DNA from: Acidobacteriota bacterium
GTDB taxonomy: Bacteria; Acidobacteriota; UBA6911; RPQK01; CBDAPI01
Length of the DNA stretch: 64,000 nt
Reading direction: 5' to 3'
Assembly (NCBI GenBank): GCA_965205615.1
Contig: CBDBHK010000033.1
Span: forward strand, 102,822-166,821
The notes under the pieces were generated by a model. The model did not search any database. It had not been told where the DNA came from and saw only the letters and a program-made list of their open reading frames with translations. This document shows, piece by piece, positions 60,979 to 64,000 of the stretch. A program made the position numbers and the translations under genes. Numbering within the stretch: the first letter of the stretch is position 1; every line of letters begins with the position of its first letter.

Positions 60979-61977
60979 TCAAAAGTTCTCCTTTTCGGGA
61001 GGGTTGATCCAGACCGCCTCGGGAAGAGGAGGAGGAACGGGGTTGCCGTTGGGAAATCTCTCCGGGAAGAGTGCATGGGCGGCCTCCAATGTTTGGGATC
61101 GATCGCGACGGGTGGTGATGGCGGTGAGGTAGTGCACATCCGCGGGAGTGTGCAGGCCGATACCCGAATGGCGATGGTCGCGGTTATACCAATCGAAGAA
61201 ATCCCGACAGAAGTCTCTGGCTTGCTGAATGGTGCCGAAACGAGCCGGGAATTCGGGACGGTACTTGAGGGTCTTGAATTGGGATTCCGAGTAGGGATTG
61301 TCGTCACAGACATGAGGCCGAGAGTGAGACTTGGTGACTCCCAGATCGGCCAGTAGCAAGGCCAGTGCTTTGGAACTCATCGACGAGCCACGATCGGCAT
61401 GCAGGGTGAGACCACCCGCTACGATCTCCTGCTTGGAGTAGCTCTGGGCGATCAAGACCTTGGCCAGGCGGGAGCTTTCCTGGGTGGCCACCATCCAGCC
61501 CACCACATAGCGGCTGAAGATGTCCAGGATCACGTAGAGGTAGTAATAGCTCCATTTGACGGGCCCCTTCAGCTTGGTGATGTCCCACGACCAGCATTGG
61601 TTCGGGCCGGTGGCCAGAAGTTCCGGCTTGGAGTATTGGGGATGGCGGCGCTGGCGACGGCGTTCTCTAACTTCCAGACGTTTGGCCAGAATGCGGTACA
61701 TGGTTCGAATCGAGCACAAGTATCGCCCTTCGTCCAGCAGCTCCGCCCATACGGCGGCAGGAGCTTTGTCGATAAACTGTCGGCTGTGCAGGACCTCCAC
61801 AACGGCTTCCCTTTCGGGCGGGCTCAAGGCGCGTGGGGATGCGGCCCGAGGCCGAGGATCCAGCGCCGGCCGTTCGCGCCGAAGTTTCTCCCGATACAGA
61901 CTCGATGGCGGCAGATCCAGAGCCTGACAGCCGGCACGGACTCCGTGGGATTGTGAGAATCGCAAAGCTTCGTCCAT
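60979..61977 (-). CDS. IS3-B transposase OrfB (rve integrase core, DDE)
   Basis: 332 aa. WSWDITK (D), HADRGSSMSS (D), CDDNPYSESQFKTLK (E) with the conserved K/R. C-terminal HRHSGIGLHTPADVH. Confidence 0.7.
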   Translation of the reverse strand: MDEALRFSQSHGVRAGCQALDLPPSSLYREKLRRERPALDPRPRAASPRALSPPEREAVVEVLHSRQFIDKAPAAVWAELLDEGRYLCSIRTMYRILAKRLEVRERRRQRRHPQYSKPELLATGPNQCWSWDITKLKGPVKWSYYYLYVILDIFSRYVVGWMVATQESSRLAKVLIAQSYSKQEIVAGGLTLHADRGSSMSSKALALLLADLGVTKSHSRPHVCDDNPYSESQFKTLKYRPEFPARFGTIQQARDFCRDFFDWYNRDHRHSGIGLHTPADVHYLTAITTRRDRSQTLEAAHALFPERFPNGNPVPPPLPEAVWINPPEKENF

Positions 61978-62477
61978 CAGCTCTCGTCTCCGTTCTCTTC
62001 GCTGCTCGCCAGAGAGATTCCCAACAGTTGCGAGACTTTTTTTTGGAGATCCAGCATGGCTTCAAACTTCTCGAGCTTGCGTTTCAGCTTCCGATTCTCA
62101 GCCTCCACTTGCCTCAGTTGATGATCCAGAGGATTGACCGGCTTTGCCTTTCGTCCCCGCTTGCGAGGGGTCAATGCCTGCAGCGTTCCGTGCTCGCGTT
62201 GGCGTCGCCAGGTCTGCAGATTCGACCAGTAAAGTCCTTCTCGGCGCAGTAATGCTCCCACTTCGCCCGACTCTTCGCAGCCATCGGCCTGCTCCAGGAC
62301 CCGGAGCTTATAGCGGGCTGAAAACCGGCGACGGGTTGCCTTGGCAGGAACTTCCGGGTCGGGTCGCGGCAACGCCTTCTCGGGCTCGGTCCGTCCCGCA
62401 GCGATTTTGGAGACCTCTCCCCTCCGCTCCGAGGTTTCCAAAATCCTCAGTTTCTTGTCGCTTCTGTTTTCTATCAT
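61977..62477 (-). CDS. IS3-B transposase OrfA
   Basis: 166 aa with HTH and leucine-zipper segments. Ends at an ATGA overlap with orfB. Confidence 0.65.
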   Translation of the reverse strand: MIENRSDKKLRILETSERRGEVSKIAAGRTEPEKALPRPDPEVPAKATRRRFSARYKLRVLEQADGCEESGEVGALLRREGLYWSNLQTWRRQREHGTLQALTPRKRGRKAKPVNPLDHQLRQVEAENRKLKRKLEKFEAMLDLQKKVSQLLGISLASSEENGDES

Positions 62478-62805
62478 TCTGTAATCCAGCTTCTCGCCCT
62501 CTACTCTAATTTAGCCGGGAAGAAGTATCTCACCATTATTGGCACAGAGGGGGACGCAATACACGTCGATCGAGTTCGGGCTGCGCTGCAAGAGAGCCGG
62601 CATCAGACCCTCCATGGGCTCGGTCGGTGACTGTTATGACAACGCGCTGTGTGAGAGCTTTTTTGCCTCTCTGGAGTGTGAACTGATCGACCGGCACAGC
62701 TTCCGCAGCAAGCTGCAGGCCAGGCTTGCTGTCTTTGACTACATCGAGGGCTTTTTACAACCCTCACAGGCGGCACTCGTCACTGGACTATCTGTCGCCG
62801 ATCAA

Positions 62806-63407
62806 CTATGAATCGAGGCACTCAGATGTGGCTTGATTCGAAAGCCGTAAACTGTCCACAAAAGTGGGGTAACTGCACTTTACGTTACCGCTATGCTTGT
62901 CGTCATCCGTCACCCGGAAGCCTACCGGATGTTTTTTCGGCGGTTCGGGCGGCTCCAGTAACCCTTGGATGTGCTCGAAGAGGATGCCGATTGCCTGGTC
63001 GTGCTGGGCGACCTTGCGGGCCAGTTCCTCATTGGTCGCCAGCATCCGGCGGAGCCGGACGAAGGTCCGCATGATCGCGACATTCACCTGTAGGCGATCT
63101 TGCTACGAAGGATGCCTGAGAGCATCGCCACGCCTTGCTCCGTGAATGCATAGGGTGCGTAGCGTCGCCCACCCCAACTTGAGGTGCCAGTTTGGCTTCT
63201 CAAGTTGTCGAACTCTTCCTTGGTTAGTTGAAAGGCGAAATCCTCCGGGAAGCGGTCAAGGTTGCGCTTCATGGCCCGAACCAGCGCTCCGGTCTCGACG
63301 TGATAGAGTTCGGCCAGATCGGCATCGAGCATGATGCTTTCGCCGCGGATTACGTAGATCTGCGTGGCGATGCGTTCGATCGGAATGACGCTTTTCTCCC
63401 TGGCCAT
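62806..63407 (-). pseudogene. ORF6N-domain (KilA-N-like) protein, frameshifted (~63085), with its 3' end overlapped by the IS3-A terminus
   Basis: N-part [65 protein letters not shown]...[22 protein letters not shown] (63084-63407). It continues in another frame as NVAIMRTFVRLRRMLATNEELARKV...PKKHPVGF (62806-63087). Confidence 0.55.
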
Positions 63408-63438
63408 TCGGTCACTGTGGCGAAGCGCGGAGTCGCTG

Positions 63439-64000
63439 TCAAGGGGGCTCTTTCCCCCTGCTCTCTCCTTTCGCTTCTGGGTCTAGTCCCGCCAGTTCCC
63501 GAAGCCGATAGGCGCTCGAGTGGCGCCCGAGATCGCGGAGGGCTCGGGACAAGACGTTCTCTCTTGCGCCAGTCTGGAACTTCGAAATCAGGAGCGATGC
63601 GGTCACCCAACCCAACTTGAGTGAGCCGGCCACCCGGAGGAGTTCGTCCCAGTTGTCGAGTAGGGTCTTGCTCCGAACCAATCCCTTCAGCAGAACCGCG
63701 ACCCCTTCTTTTTGCGGAGGAGCATCGAGACGATACAAGCGCTGAGCGCCCAAGTCCCGGATGCGCGGGGCGCACTGCAGCCCCAGAAGATGAAACAGGG
63801 CGAAGACGATCTCGGTGTAGCCAGCGGTGTCCGTCGTGTGCTCGAGGATCTCGTCGAGGACATAGGTCGCGTCACGAACCGTAGACGAGATGACCTTCGA
63901 CCCGTACTGCGAGTACTGGTCCGAGGTCCAGGTGTAGAAAGTGAGGCCCCTTCCGAGGCCGAAATATTTCGGGAGCGCGGTCGCGTTCTCCGCCGAACCT
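63439..64000 (-). CDS. tnpA: Tn3-family transposase TnpA, C-terminal ~187 aa (partial; gene continues beyond the window end)
   Basis: Continuous minus-strand frame from the window edge: [73 protein letters not shown]...[18 protein letters not shown] is the conserved Tn3 TnpA C-terminus. The ORF finder showed only 63439-63753 from an internal Met. Confidence 0.65.
   Translation of the reverse strand, partial: GSAENATALPKYFGLGRGLTFYTWTSDQYSQYGSKVISSTVRDATYVLDEILEHTTDTAGYTEIVFALFHLLGLQCAPRIRDLGAQRLYRLDAPPQKEGVAVLLKGLVRSKTLLDNWDELLRVAGSLKLGWVTASLLISKFQTGARENVLSRALRDLGRHSSAYRLRELAGLDPEAKGESRGKEPP

Larger units (their letters stand above)
60927..62552 (-). mobile_element. Second IS3-family element (IS3-B) nested in IS3-A orfB, orfA + orfB intact with A7G slippery site
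   Basis: orfA 61977-62477 (leucine zipper LRQVEAENRKLKRKLEKFEAMLDLQKKV; ccaaaaaaaagtctc frameshift heptamer ~62030-62040). orfB 60979-61977. Candidate ends TGTCAACAACTTTGAGACACTT / revcomp TGTGCCAATAATGGTGAGATACTT. Exact termini and a 3-bp (acg) duplication are inferred, not certain. Confidence 0.6.
59733..62811 (+). pseudogene. IS3-A transposase OrfB (DDE integrase core), split into three exon-like pieces by the intron and IS3-B: 59733-60121, 60743-60926, 62553-62811
   Basis: RLWVADI | TYVPSWAGFVYLAVVVDAFSRRVVGW...VIHHSDQGT | QYTSIEFG...GDCYDNALCESFFASLE are contiguous blocks of the conserved IS3 OrfB sequence. Joining 60121 to 60743 restores ADITYVPSW in frame. Confidence 0.65.
59368..62877 (+). 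mobile_element. IS3-family element (IS3-A), ~1.26 kb native length, interrupted by an ORF-less group II intron and by a second IS3 element
   Basis: Terminal inverted repeats TGGAGTTCCCCCGGTTTCGTGGACACCTAATCC (59368-) and, in reverse complement, TGCAGTTACCCCACTTTTGTGGACAGTTTACGG (ending 62877). TG...CA termini. The orfB reading frame is recoverable across both insertions. Confidence 0.7.

Overview
This 64-kb window is GC-rich (~60%) bacterial chromosome, with a conserved housekeeping core flanked at both ends by mobile-element-rich DNA.

Core (about 15.4-55.8 kb):
- Replication-origin neighbourhood: prmC and prfA (minus strand), then rpsA, an IHF/HU-family gene, a candidate oriC with DnaA-box-like motifs, dnaA, dnaN, gyrB and gyrA. 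There is no recF.
- Then TPR proteins, rpsU, a nucleoside-salvage trio (NupC-like transporter, purine nucleoside phosphorylase, amidohydrolase/deaminase), a sulfatase, a PEBP-family protein and a CBS-domain protein.
- A 15-kb NADH:quinone oxidoreductase (complex I) cluster with an unusual layout: nuoJ-nuoK-[extra NuoL/MrpA-like antiporter subunit]-[87-aa 2-TM protein]-nuoL-nuoM-nuoN, then, after an internal promoter, nuoA-B-C-D-(fused nuoE-nuoF)-G-H-I.
- The core is bracketed by two near-identical IS1380-family copies in inverted orientation (13631-15367 and 55941-57664), about 40.6 kb apart; the second carries a 13-bp deletion.

Left flank (1.7-5.9 kb), a patchwork of gene fragments:
- A truncated IS3 orfA.
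- A 5'-truncated OLD-family ABC-ATPase/Toprim gene abutting a 5'-truncated, frameshifted group II intron reverse transcriptase/maturase.
- Two diverged ~130-bp direct repeats.
- An orphan sigma-70 region-4 fragment.

Right flank (55.9-64 kb), nested mobile elements:
- An IS630 element inserted beside the second IS1380 copy, a hicAB toxin-antitoxin pair, and an IS3 element (IS3-A).
- IS3-A orfB is interrupted by a compact 621-nt ORF-less group II intron (GUGUG...AC ends, canonical domain V/VI, EBS1-IBS1 pairing) and by a second IS3 element (IS3-B).
- An ORF6N-domain pseudogene and the 3' end of a Tn3-family transposase running off the window.

Several other genes carry apparent lesions:
- A perfect 129-bp in-frame tandem duplication in the first CDS.
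- A frameshift in a G-run in a ~1000-aa beta-helix protein.
- A frameshift in an alpha/beta hydrolase.
- An in-frame TGA at a conserved Trp of an FG-GAP/ASPIC protein.

No rRNA, tRNA or CRISPR array was recognised.

All calls rest on reading motifs in the supplied ORF translations and the DNA by eye. No database search was run.
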